A DNA stretch of 63,841 nucleotides, counting the filler, from Reticulomyxa filosa (lineage: Eukaryota > Protista > Foraminifera), in NCBI GenBank assembly GCA_000512085.1. It is 10 parts of 10 records of this genome, joined end to end, with 100 filler letters (N's around TTAATTAATTAA, not from the genome) between each part and the next. Parts side by side here need not be neighbours in the genome. Positions count along the whole stretch, not along the records: positions 1 to 22,574 come from ASPP01004244.1; positions 22,675 to 24,617 come from ASPP01028759.1; positions 24,718 to 27,771 come from ASPP01010021.1; 7 more parts are not named here. One strand, given 5' to 3'. Both the position numbers and the translations under genes were made by a program. Below are positions 12,997 through 25,858 of this stretch, in pieces (position 1 is the first letter of the stretch; every line of letters starts with the position of its first letter). The notes beneath the pieces are model-generated. The model did no database searches and was not told the DNA's origin. It saw only the letters and a list, made by a program, of their open reading frames with translations.

Positions 12997-15948
12997 TTAT
13001 TTCAACACTTGAAGATCTGGCATTTTCAGTTTCGAGTGTGCCAAGAGTGCTTCCACGTTTCTTGTAATGATATCAGCTTCAACCGCAGTGGGATGAGATG
13101 TAGAGTTTGCGTTTAATTTTCTGTGGCGTGTTGTTTCTGGAATTCCAGCAACTGGATTAAATGAATCCATAGTTAACCGAAATTTGATTTCATCACGTTG
13201 CCTCTCCATTTCGTGCAATTGTTTTACCAACGAGTCGTTCTCGTGCTTCAGCGATCTAAGATCTTTCAAGCAGCTTTTTTTGATTTTCATATTTTCCTTG
13301 GATACATCTATAAGAAAATTGTTGCAATAAATGGAAAAAAATTATAGTCAAAGTAACAAGCAAAACGAACGACAAAAAACTTTAACTTGTTAATCGTTCT
13401 TTTGTCGCTGCTGCTAATTTCTTATATTTCATCTTTTCCTAAGATGTCAGCATGAAAACAATAGTACACGGTGCAGTTTTTGGTTGCTTTGTGCTAAGAA
13501 AAAAGAGGGTGACGGTACGCTTCAACAAAAAAAATCTACTCAATAAATCAAATAAAGGGCTTTGGTTAACGCATTAACCTTTGTCAACTTTTTAAGTGTT
13601 TCGTGATCTGCCTTTTCCATTTGCTGAATAGTTTGAGCCAATGTCTCATTCTCAGCTTTGATTGTGTTGAGTTGCGTTTCGTGGCGTGCCTGCACAGTTA
13701 CAGTGTATATGAAATTTGTACATTAACTTATTGTTTTGCTTTGGACTGTTAACTTGAGCAGCTTGAAACATTTTAATATATTCATTTTTCACGTCTTCAA
13801 TTTGTTTAATTTGAGTTTGTAAATCTTTTTCAAGGAACAAATTTTGAGTTTCCAATTTATCTTTTGCTTCGCTGTATTTATATACGGCATTTGTTTTTTT
13901 TTATTGTCACAAAAAAATGAGAAGTTGTTTGCATACACGTAGTAATGTGCAAGTCGAACATTAATTGTTGATTTTGTTGGCAAACACGTTCATATTTTTC
14001 AAGCAATTCTTTGTTGCCGTCCTTCCATTTAGAGCCTTCTTTGGAAGCTGTAGCTAGTTCAACTTTGACTTTTTCTTGTTCTTGACATTCTGCTCGAAGT
14101 TTATCTTCCAAAACTGACTTTTCTCGTATCAATGTCCGTATCTTTGTTCTTTGAATTTCCAACTCTTTTCGCATTTGTTCTGCGTCTTTGGAATATTGGT
14201 CAGACTCACTCATTGCGCGTGTTTGTAATTCATTATATTGTTTTTCCAAATTTATTTTTTCCTTTTCATATTTTAAAAATAGTTTATTTGTAAAGCATTA
14301 TTTTGTCAGTTTTTTTATGTAAAAATGATAAAAAAGGTCAAGCGCACTTGATTTAAGGTGTCAAACGCTAACGCATGTTCATGATGCAGTTGAGATAATT
14401 GTAGTGCTTGGTTTTGTTTTGTCGAATCACATTCAGATCGTAGTTTTTCGATTGTAACTTCTTTTTCGTTCAATTGCCTTTCATTTGTCAAACATAGGTT
14501 TGATATGTTTTTTGCAAAAAATTTTTTGAAGCAAATTTTCTTTTTTTTCCTCTTTTAAACTGAACTTTTCTAAGTCGGTGATCTGTTGTTTAAATTGTAA
14601 TAATACTTTTTCATTCACTTTGTGTAATTCTTGCTCTTTCTCTGCTAATTTTTGCTCCAATTGTCTGTGTATTTTGCAAATAAATAAATTACAAAAAAAT
14701 TTTGTGTTAGTTGGATACGTTGCTGTTCTTTTTTCGTTTTTCTTTCTTTTTAACAATACGTATATTTTCTTTTATTTCTTAACTTGACTTGAATATCCTT
14801 ACGTTTTAAAGAGTGTAACAGTTGCATCTTTTCTTGTTCACATTTGCGATACGAGGATTCAATAGCCAGATGAGCTTCTTTGTGAAACTCCAAATCTTTT
14901 ACCAAATCTTCGACCTGTCACATTGTTTGTATATTCTTTTTTTGTATGCTATATCTTCAATAGAAGGCTTAATAAAGAAAGATAAAGAGTAAGAAAAAAC
15001 CTTAATTTTATATCCTTCACACTCTTTCTTGCACACCAAATATTTTCCTTCCATTGTTTTCAATGCTTCGACATTTGCCAACTGAATTCGTTCAGTTTGT
15101 AACATCTGCTCTGAATTTTTTTGTCTGTCAAAAGAAGAAACAGAGGAGCCTCAAGCAACAACAACAAAAATAAACTAAAGTATTTTTGACAATTGCAAAA
15201 AAAATGCGTAAATTTGACCCTTCCGCCTTCCCTAACTTCCTCTAAAGAACAAAAAAAAATAATAAAACGGAGTGTTGTATATATGTGTACGTATCGAAGA
15301 CAAAAACTGAATAGCATTCAATTCTTCTTTGAGGTGCTGACACATGACAGTTAAGTCGGTATTTTGCTCTGTTAATTGGGAAATATTTTCCTTGCACTTG
15401 TGTTTTTCTTCGCTGGTTTCTAACTTTGCGATGGTATTAGTCAGTTCCTCAATTTTGAAGCAATGATCTTGTTCCAATTGACTAATGGTTTGATTTTTTA
15501 ATTCCATTCGATTGTCGTGTTCACTTTTTAGACACTCCAAAGTTTTCCAAGTTTGACAATATTTGTTAAAATATTCATTGCATTGTCCCGTTAAGTAATC
15601 GATTTTATCACGATATGGCTTTTCCAATTCACTTAAAAGCTCCACTTTTAGTTTTTGAATTTCCGATGACGGAATCATTTGCGAATGAATCAATTCAAAT
15701 TCTTTTGCCTGTGCTGTTAGTTGCTTGTTCCATTTTTCGTACAAACTTTTGCACTCTTTTTCCGTCTGCTCTTTTTTTTGAATGGCTTCGTGACGATCTT
15801 TTACTGTTTGTTGGAGTCGCTCTTCCAGTGATAGGTACTGACTGCGCAGCTCTGTCAAGGAATTTTGGAGCTCTTCATTGTGCAAGCGCAATTCCTTTGC
15901 TACTTCTAAAGTTTCCGAAAGTGTGTCATGTTCACGATGTTGTGTCAT
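12997..15948 (-). CDS. CEP83: Centriole distal-appendage coiled-coil protein CEP83/CCDC41-like, multi-exon
   Basis: Long coiled coil. SQMIPSSEIQKLKVELLSELEKPYRDKIDYL...KY...LKSEH matches the pattern of the conserved CEP83 N-terminal block (recalled as [20 protein letters not shown]...Y...FLKSEF). Confidence 0.7.
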
Positions 15949-16361
15949 ATTTTTGTATCTTTCCTCAAAGACAACAAAAAATTCGTTCCTTGGCCGAACG
16001 TTCACTTTTTTTTGTCTGGTATGCTTCCTGATCATATAATAGAGTTAGGTTTACAAATTTTTATGATATTAAAAATAAAATTTTACATTTTCAAACAAAA
16101 GATAATTGTAATAACAAGTTTTGCTCCTGTGGAAACGTAAAGTAAACCCTAGTTTAAAAAATTTTTCGTTCAAGCATAATTTTTGCTTGGCACATGATTA
16201 ACCCACAATTGGCATTATCTAGAAAAATTAATTTCCGTCTTCCCTAACATTGTGGAGTATAACCGAAGACTATCGTGTATTCATCGAACTGTAATACGTA
16301 AATAACGACGTTAAGCGTTTACTTTTTTTCAGGCAAATAGATTGTTTTTTGCATTTGAGAA

Positions 16362-18505
16362 ATGGAAAAAAACTCGGAAAATGAAACTCCAATGGTTTCA
16401 CGCGGAAAACACAAATTGGAAGGTACTCTTTTCATTGCTTTTTTTTTTTTTTTTTTGTGAAGAAGAGGGAAAAAAATTAGTGAGCCTCTTTCCCAACAAA
16501 AAAAAGTGCACACATATACAAATCAATTCGAACGAAAGGAGAAAGTTCAGATCCACCCTCGAAAAAATTGAAGTTGGTGGCATCGGCGAACGAAAATGAA
16601 AAAGAACAAAGTAAAAGTGTTGACATTGGTAAGAACGAAAGCCGATCAAGCCGACGCCGAAGAGCCTGTCTGATTGTGTCCTACTTAGGGACTAATTACC
16701 ATGGGAGTGCGATGACCCGTGACAAAGGGACAGCAGCGATGTATCCGACAGTAGAGAGCACTCTCTTTCAGGCCCTGTGCAGATCTGGCGCCTGTGTGGA
16801 CCTAGGATGGACAGGATCGGGTCGACAGCAGCTGGTGCCAGTCTCGCGCACGGACAAAGAGGTTCATGCCGCCGGTGCAGTATTCACAATAGATCTGTCG
16901 AACTTGTTCGAAAAAGTTTCATCTACACCTTGCAATACCTACTCTTTATCCGTTCCATCTTCCAGTCCGGTCACAATAGCAACAACTTCTGAGACAAATG
17001 AATGTGACATTGTATCATCACCAAATACAATTTGCAATAGTGACAATAGCAGCAGCAAAAAAGAGGTTGAAAGTGTGGAAACGAAATCTGACTCAGCAAA
17101 TTTCAATAGCAACAGTAATATCAATAACATCACGAATAATAGCAATGATAATAATAATAATAATAATAATAATGATAACAATAACAATACAAATGATTGG
17201 ACGCAAATGATAAATTATATAAATGGATACTTGCCATCAGATATTCGAATTCAGAACATAATTCGTACAACAAAGACGTTTGATCCTTATAAGCATGTAT
17301 CGTCTCGTGTGTATCGCTACATTTGTCCTACGTACGTGTTTAACAGACGATTGGTAATGGCGGACGACAATACGTTGGAGAGTAACTTCACCAATTTGGC
17401 CGAGTATTCGCAATGCTTTCAAAAGTATGGTAGTTCGTTGCCAAGGAAAAAAAAGAAGATAGCAAAAAAGATGACTCAGCCAATATCATTGACATGCAAC
17501 CCGACTCCAAAGAACAGTCGAGTGAAACGAAGGCGATCAAGTTGATTGTCGAGAAAGACATTCGAAAGGATTATCGTATGAGCGAGGAAGAGTGGCAAGA
17601 ACTGGTATCTTTGTGTCACATTTTTAACAAAGGCACCCGCAATTACCACAATTTTACGAAACAAATCAACGCTGAGGAAGGACGCGCCAAGCGATACATG
17701 TTGGAATTTTCGATCACAAAGGGGAAACCTTTGGTCTATCAAGGGATCGAATTTGTCGAATTCCACATTCATGGATCTTCGTTTATGTATAACCAAATTC
17801 GGAAAATGATTGCTTTTTTAGTGTGCTTGATGCATCACAACTGTATGGGGGTATCACCACTGCCTCAAGAACCTTGGGAATTGTATCGAACGAAGATCAT
17901 TGAGACTGCCTTTAGCGATAAACACAAAGTTGTGTGGTGTGCGTATGTGTGTGTGTGTGGGAACTTGTAATTGAAATGTACCAAAAAAAATGTAATGGTA
18001 AAAGTCGATTTAATATATGCACTCCTTTTGCATATGTGGCAAACAGATGGCCATTCCCTTGGCTCCACCGTACGGACTATACTTGCTGCATGCTGAATTT
18101 GCACCTTACAATGCCAACTGTATGAGACTGGGACAACACTTTAATATTGTAGATTACAACGCTTGCGAAGGGTCTATAGATAACTTTATTGTCGAACACA
18201 TACGTCCAAGGTTTTTTGAAATCGAATTGGACCAGTTTGCTTTTTTATCTTGGTTGCATGAATTAAAACATCGATTTGAATTTGAGACCATTCAGATCAC
18301 CGAAGAACTCATTGCAAAACTAAAAGAAAGTGGCAGAAAATTTATCCCTGTGGGAGCACAAAAAAACATGCCTGTGCATCAAAAATCTCTCAATTCGCAT
18401 GACTCGCAAACAAATGAAAAAAAATTTAAAAGTTTCAAAAAAAATATGCGACATTATAAAAAAAAACGAAACAAACACAATGACAGAAATGAAGAAAAAC
18501 ATTAA
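16362..18505 (+). CDS. PUS1: tRNA pseudouridine synthase TruA/PUS1 family; apparent frameshift in an A-run at ~17447-17455
   Basis: Motifs SYLGTNYHG, SRTDKEVHA (catalytic Asp), YLPSDIRI, SSRVYRY, GTRNYHNFT, GSSFMYNQIRKM and PLAPPYGLYL. First exon MEKNSENE, with intron ~16423-16538. Confidence 0.92.
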
Positions 18506-19425
18506 ATTTTAAATATGTTGACTGATGTAATTATTTTTAAAAATTAAAGTTTGCAATTGTTTTTATTGCCTGAAATTATATTTATTACATTCTTTTTTAA
18601 ATAGAAAAAGAATTTTACAAATTAGAATTACAACAATACTGCACATTGCAAATAGCGCAAACGTGATTTATTGATTTACGAAATATAAACAAGTTTAAAT
18701 GATATAAACTAAATCAAAGATAGTTAGTATGAGACTTCACAAAGTGTAATATGAAAAAATTGCTTTTGAGTAATCCAACAAAGTAAAAACAAATAATTAA
18801 TTCAAACAAATGAAATAATAAAGCCACTAACAAGAAGAGAAAACAAGTTAAAGAGTTGAAAGATTTAAGTAAGAATGTTTTATAGTAAAAATGTTGTTTC
18901 ATTTTCATTGAGCTTCGATCTTGACATAGCAACTTGTACATAAATAAAAAAATAAATAAACAAACAAATAATGTGGAAAAGTAGTACAGAGTATAATAAT
19001 ATCAGTTTTATGTTTATTTTTAGGAAATATTAGTGCATAATTAGTAAATGTAATGTAAAATTATTGTCCACTTGAAAAAATTGGTGAGTAAATAAAGCTA
19101 GTAATTGAGTTTCGTGAAGAAATAAATTTCAATTTTCTTTTTTTTGTCGACACAGCATCGCTTTGCATTATGATTTAAAATCATTATGTAGGAAAGTGGA
19201 TGACAAACAATAATTGTAATACTAAAATTTAATTTTGAAAAACTTCGCTAAATGAAGGTTAAATTAAGTAAAACAAAATAATACAACAGCAAAGCAACAA
19301 GAAATTGATACAATTAAGTAAAGTTTTAAAGGGTTGCTCTTCTACAATTAAATTTTACTTATAATTAGTATTACATTGCTCAATTTTTGAACGAGCGCTT
19401 ATTGCTCAAGAAAAACTTGCAGCAA

Positions 19426-21197
19426 ATGAAAGTGTTCAATGTTTTCCAAGAAAGTATCTCCAAATTATATACGCTTTTGGCAATTATAGAGCCAGAACAC
19501 AGACAAAATGACACCAATCCGTGGAGGACACCGAATAATGTCGATGTAAGGATAAACTTACAACACCCAAATAAACACCAACACAAAGCTACAATGAATA
19601 GCACAGGAAACAAATGTGCAATGTATTATAAATCTGGAGCTATTACATCTCGAATTATCGGGAAGCAGTTGGAGCCTCGTGAACCAGACACCAAAGATGA
19701 ATATGGCGATCGTATTGATGATGAATTTTCCTGCAGAGACAGCAAGCATGTGCAAAATTTTGCTGCTTAATTTTGTTTATAGAAACGGATTGTAGTCCAT
19801 AAATGACACTGTGCAAAAAGGACAAAAAAAAAGCAATACAAAATGTAACAAAAACAATTATGTGTAATGTTTATTTGCAAAGACTTTTCGAGTATGAAAA
19901 TGAGTTGGCCAAAGAAATATTCAAAATGTCGAGTGATTGTGAACTCCAGCACAATAATCTATCGCAATTAATAGATGAAAAAAAAACATCCCCATAATTA
20001 CATTTATGGGCCCAAATCAAAAAGGGAAATCATCACTGTTAAATCTGATTGAAACGAAATGGGTATTTGAAGTATCGGGAGAAAAAAATTGTCGTCCCAA
20101 AACAGTGAAAATGAAATATGTTCAAACGCTGGCTGGCAAAGAGTGTTATTTATTGGAAGTGGAGCACTTATTTTCCGAAAACAATTTCAAACAACAAGAT
20201 AACATAACTGGCTCTGAACAAAAAGAAGAGGAAAAAATTTTGCCAAGGGAGGACATCATGACAATGTTTTTGTTGATGTATTGTATTTCTTCGATTATTG
20301 TGTGGAATGACACTAAAATTGACAATCCGATTTTCTTAAATTTGCTGGAACACTTGAGCAAAGCAATGAAAGATGTGAACACTGAATACACTAACGAAGA
20401 TTTGAAACAAATGTTGGATGGCATCACCGTATTCCACTTTCCAAAAATGCAAGATTTTTTTAAAAAAAGAGTGGAAAGAATTAGGAAAAAAAATGGACAG
20501 TTACAAGCTGTTGCATAAACCTACATTGATTTTTTTGGAAAGAGATTTTGAGAATTCAAAATCTTTATCTCAGCACTCAGAAAAGTTACAACAGGACGTG
20601 ATTAAAAAAGTAAAGGAATTGCAGCTTTTTAACGATGTCGAGCAAGCTTTTGTAGCAAAGCTTAACAATAACGTCGGTCACTAAAATTTGCAGAAAAAAC
20701 TTCTTTCATACCCACCCTTCAAGAGTGGCATGAGAGCTTATGTCAGATGGCCCTCGAGGTATCACCGATTGCTAAAAGTTTAGATAGACTCTTTTAAAAA
20801 AAAAAATAAAATAAAATTGAAAATACTTTAAACATTTATAGCTGTTGCGGAAATCGAATACATTCTGAAGATGATAAACACACAGAAAATGGTTTCTGCT
20901 GTTTGTTACATCAATCATGTGTTAATGACTGACAAAGGTCTCCGTGATCCACAAACGTGCTCAGAACAATGCAGTAAATTATATCAATTTCATCGTTTTG
21001 AAATTCGACAGATGGATAGAATACAAGATATTGCTTGGATTTTGAACCAACTTGAAGCTCTGTGGAGAAAATTGGAGCCGTTTCCCAATGCTAACTACCA
21101 ACTCCTTAAAGATGCTTTTGCTTCATTCGATAATCAACAGAGCAAACAAAAGACGGATTTCACGCTTATCATGTCCAACATAAAACAACTGTTGTGA
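19426..21197 (+). pseudogene. Degenerate guanylate-binding-protein (GBP/atlastin-like) GTPase with several frameshifts and stops
   Basis: P-loop ITFMGPNQKGKSSLLN; G3 position LLEVEHL; MYCISSIIVWN, PTLIFLERDF and DGPRAVAEIEYILKMIN parallel GBP motifs. Lesions at ~19985, ~20460 and ~20682-20735. The 5' boundary is uncertain. Confidence 0.55.
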
Positions 21198-22574
21198 ACC
21201 CAACTTCGAAATATACATCAAATGGATATTTTATTGTTACAAGTATTTAGATAATTTTACATTTCAAAAATAAATCTAATAAAATTATACCGGTCATCAA
21301 AACATTAGTGTAAAGATTTTCAAATTTACAAAATTAACTCTTTTGATTTTCTAACTTAGTATTCTTTTCTAAGAAAACTGAACGTAGGAAAAATACAACT
21401 TACCATACAGAAGCATAATTTGTTTTTAAGTGTAAAAAATAAAGACAACAGGATTGAGTCAATCTTTTTGTCCCCAAATTTTTCTTTGCACTTCACTAAA
21501 CTCTGTTGTTCTATAGTGTAATACGAAAGATTAATCTTTCAATAAAAGAACATGAATCAAAAATCAATAAAGAAAACGCAAGAAGGCGGTACAAGTAAAG
21601 AAGTAACGTTTTACAGAAAAGGGGTGTCTATACTTCAGCCGGAGCTTTCCTTTACGGTTAGCCCTGCCTTACAGAACACAATATACATTTGTTATTTGGC
21701 ATTATCATTTAAAAATTTCAACATAATTATTTGATGAAATATATGACTTAAAGTCAATAACATATAAATTATGTTCAAGTAATTTACTGAATAAAGAATT
21801 TGGATGGCTTAGCACTAAGTATAATACAAACGTCACCCTTTGAACAAATTTTTCATAAAAAATGGAATTAAATTAACTAATGAAAAGAATGACTAAGCAG
21901 AACAGTAGAAAAGTGAAAAGGAAAAGGTTTGTGAAAAAGATATTTTCACATTCCAGCAGGGACTCCAAAACAAAGTTCTTTCATTTCAAAAAAATTAAGT
22001 TTGCATTGATTTGTATAAAAAACTAACAAATTTTGTTAGTTTTTCAAAAATCTATTCTATTGTTTAGTCCAATATCCAACAAAAAGGCCTTTGCAAAACA
22101 ATTATTTCAATTAACAGCATATTAATACAGAAATTTGTAAAACAGCTAGTAGTGGCCTTGCTCTAACATCAATAATACATATTTTCAAAATAAACTTTTT
22201 ATTTTTCTATTGTATGTTATTTTTTATTATAATTTTTGCATAATCGCATGTTTACAAAAAAAGTATTCTCAAAGGTAAGTTTGTCAAAAAGAAAAAAAAA
22301 TGAAACTACGCATTACTTTGAAGATAAAAAAAAGAAAGATTACCACTACCGTTTACATCGATTGGACACAAATCAGTGAAACTGATCCAAATCAGAATAT
22401 TTCATCAACAACACCATACCACCGAGTTTTGCTTGGTCACATAGTATTAATTGACTATATATGCCATATTCAAATTCATGAATCAAAATTCTTTTTCGAT
22501 TTTTGCAATTTTCACATTGTTTGCTACAAACAAACAATCATTTAACTTATTTCTATTTGCACTATTCCAAAATA

Positions 22575-22674
22575 NNNNNNNNNNNNNNNNNNNNNNNNNN
22601 NNNNNNNNNNNNNNNNNNTTAATTAATTAANNNNNNNNNNNNNNNNNNNNNNNNNNNNNNNNNNNNNNNNNNNN
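22575..22674. other. Artificial contig spacer N44-TTAATTAATTAA-N44; also at 24618-24717, 27772-27871, 29949-30048, 36520-36619, 39783-39882, 48798-48897, 53163-53262 and 61760-61859
   Basis: An identical 100-bp structure occurs nine times. The 12-mer is a palindromic multi-frame stop linker. Confidence 0.98.
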
Positions 22675-23469
22675 TTTTTTGAAACATTTAATTTCAAACT
22701 ACAAACCGAAACAAAAAAAATGTAATTACATATGTCAGTTGGACTTCTTTTTCACTTTTCATTTCGACATCGACTTTTTGTTTCGCTTTGCTTTTTCTAC
22801 GTCGTCGACGCTTCCTTTTTTTGTTGCTGCTGCTGTTCGTTCCTCCATAAAGACCAATTCTTCCAAAATCACAAACACAACAATCTTTATCATTTCGTTG
22901 TATTTCAATTTGATGATTAAAACTGGAATTGGAACTGGAGGTGTAGTCCAATTCAAAGCTAACTCCGAAACATACCAGCAATGACAGACTTCTGTCTTCT
23001 ACTACAAGAGCTGAATTCCAACAACTTTCTTTAATAGGTTTATGATTGTGCATGTTCGAATGTGTATTATTTACTCAACTTTTTTAAAGAGGAATAAAAA
23101 AATCTCTGACCTTTCGATGCCTTTTTTTTTGTCTCAAAAGCTGGGAAAAACTGAATAATTTTTAAGGTTCAAAAACGTGGTTCAAACAATTCAATCTGTT
23201 ATACAAGAACAGTAAACTTAAGGAAAGAAAAAAAAATCTTCATGTAAATTTTTTTATCATAGGAACAAAAGTTTTTATATGATGAGAATAGTTGAGTATA
23301 GTTTAGAAAGTATTTTAAAAAAAAAGATTTGCTAAGTTTTTTGCAAGTTAGTCATAGCATTGAACCACGCAGAGCGATGAATGCGATGTCAACCTTCCCC
23401 GTTTGAAATACATTTCTGCAATCTACAATGAGTAGGTTGAATTAAATTAAAACCACATGAAAGCCCCGG

Positions 23470-24512
23470 TCATAAACTAAGAGCTTCTCTCAATTCACTC
23501 AGAAGAGAACCAGTGACTTCTTCCCCACAATTCACGCGTATCTTCAACGTATTTGCCTTTTTGCCTTCTGGAGTCTCGGCTAAGAACGTCATTGCTAAGG
23601 CTCGGTTTGGATAGTCGCTATCCTCCAGCAATCTCCAAAAGTTCCAAACCCTCGTCGCGATTTCATTACTATCAATGTTACGATCAATGACAGCCCGCTT
23701 CCACAAATAAGGAAGAAGTATATCCTGTGACCCTTTTGCAGTTCTGAAAAACTTCCTAATGAAAATATTTTTTTTATTGTTCATACATTTAAAAAAAAAG
23801 GAAGTAAGGGCAAGGGAGGGAGAAAAGAAGGGGGGAGGGGAGGGATGAAAGGGAAAGAAAAATTCTAGCTTGTTTCATATACATCATAACCCTCACCCTC
23901 CCCTCTTCCCTACTTTTTTTCTTCTTACGCTTTGATTGTTATTATCAAAAAAAGAAGCCTGCTCAAAACACATAACAAAAAGTTAATAAAATGATCGCGA
24001 TCTGGTTCTGCTACTTTGCTGCCTTTCTGATTTTGTGTTGCTTGAGTTGTTGCTTGAGCCGCCGCTTGAGCCGCCGCTTGAGACAAACTTGAGCGTAATT
24101 GGCACGGAGTTTTTCTTCAGCCACTTGCCAACAGCACTATTCATTCATTTATTTATTATTTGCTATGTTTTTTAAAAAATTAATTAACTCATTTTGGGCT
24201 TAGAACACAACACAACACAATCATACACAAAAACAAAGAAAATAAAAGTGTTGAAAAACAAACTTGAAATTGTACACAACACTCCATGTATTTGGCACAC
24301 TCTTCTGCAAATTGATCGATATCTTCAAACTGAAATGCAGCAAGCAGTGACTGATTTTCATCTTCAAGCAACTTTTTCGACTTGAGTTGGTGCAAGCCCT
24401 CCCAATCGCACGTCATTCCTAATCTTGACTTCAACAAGAAGAAGTCACCCAACGGGAGAGTCTGCTTTTTATCGCCTGCCAACATTGGGCCACCAAACTT
24501 GATTTTATAATA
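23470..24512 (-). CDS. 3' exons of an unidentified gene, possibly the C-terminal part of the 7TM-RGS on the next contig
   Basis: GC-richer exons YYKIKFGGPMLAGDKK...CCVQFQ and AKGSQDILLPYLW...WNFWRLLEDSDYPNR...EALSL*, separated by GT-AG introns. Confidence 0.55.
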
Positions 24513-24724
24513 CTTGAGTCACGTGCATTTTTTTTTTTTTTTTTTTTGTCATTTGTTATTTGTTGGTTGATTAATTAATTGATTGGCTTTGATTCGAATA
24601 CAAAAAAAAAAAAAAAANNNNNNNNNNNNNNNNNNNNNNNNNNNNNNNNNNNNNNNNNNNNTTAATTAATTAANNNNNNNNNNNNNNNNNNNNNNNNNNN
24701 NNNNNNNNNNNNNNNNNAAAAAAA

Positions 24725-24759
<35 letters not shown>

Positions 24760-24765
24760 AACAAC

Positions 24766-25858
24766 CTGAAAACAAATGTTCCATGAACAGTTCAAATCCT
24801 TGCAAATCCTTCAAAACAACAGTCAAATCCAGAATCTCATTTGCCACATTGGGCGTGATACGCTTGAACAAGGGATTGGCTGTCAATCCAATGATATGGA
24901 TCTTATTTTTAAGGAGGTAGCCTTCGAGCACATAATAGTACTTGTACATAACCCACCACGTCGATGCCATTCCCGTGCCAATGCTCCAGATGAAAAGGGA
25001 CAAGCAAAACAGCAGAGGCGGAATAAATGAATTGGTCCATATTGGAAGTATTACCAACGATACGAGGTATATTGCTGCAGCTGGTATGGTCAGCTTCACG
25101 AACACTAGCACCTCCTCTCTTATTTCAAAGTAATCTTTGTACTTTGGGACTGACCATGCCAGTGCCAGCGAGACACACGTGTTGCATATCGACGGAATTA
25201 CTTCATACCCACGGCCCTTGTTCAATCCCGTTATGAATGCAATGCCTCTTTATTTAACAATTACATACACCCCCCCCCCCCCCCCAAAAAAAATAGATAT
25301 ATGTATATAGGAAATTTTTAAAAAATTTGCGAAACAGAAACATGCTTAACATGTGAACGAGACAAGAAATGCTAATCGCCGGAAGTAAAACGTGCAAGGC
25401 CATCCATCTTAAAGAACGACCGTGGGAAAACAATTTACTACGCCAATTCGTTGTCTCTGCTCTGTCCTCTGTTTGAATATATGCTTTCCATTTTTCTTGG
25501 AACGAATATTTGCTATATTGCATCTCACAGACTATCATTGCGATCCGTAGCACATATGTCTCGCTGAATATATACAAAGTAACTGGCCCAATTCCCAGAT
25601 AAACCATTTTATCATAAGGAGTCGGGTCGTCTTCATACACTTTCAACCCGTGGAAAAAAAAAACAACTCCAACACCAAACAATAAACTGCTAAAAAAAAA
25701 TTTATCCACACCAACAATAATGGCTGACGTTTCCGGATAGGTTGCTGGTCTCGCAACTTGTAGAAATAATACGTATAGTAGCCAATCAAACCGAAGAAAA
25801 TGCAATAAAAAAACAAAAAACATGAACCACCAATAATATAGGCAGAGCTATCGCTCAT
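24766..25858 (-). CDS. 7TM-RGS-type protein (7TM plus start of an RGS domain), 3'-truncated by the gap
   Basis: TM1 is followed by IRKRQPLL, about seven hydrophobic segments, then LDLTVVLKDLQGFELFMEHLFS (RGS-like first helices). Frameshift in an A/T run at ~25655-25665; intron ~25250-25350. Confidence 0.7.

Noticed and set aside
17440-17460. Programmed ribosomal frameshifts (also ~25660, ~28187, ~28480, ~43378, ~53445)
   Set aside because: All are one-base shifts in homopolymer runs in unrelated genes; sequencing homopolymer error is simpler.
22694-23053. Basic-rich short ORFs
   Set aside because: No consistent frame or recognisable domain at a contig end.
23340-23472. UGA read-through or SECIS after ...EALSL
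   Set aside because: No convincing AUGA/AA/GA SECIS stem and no redox motif.
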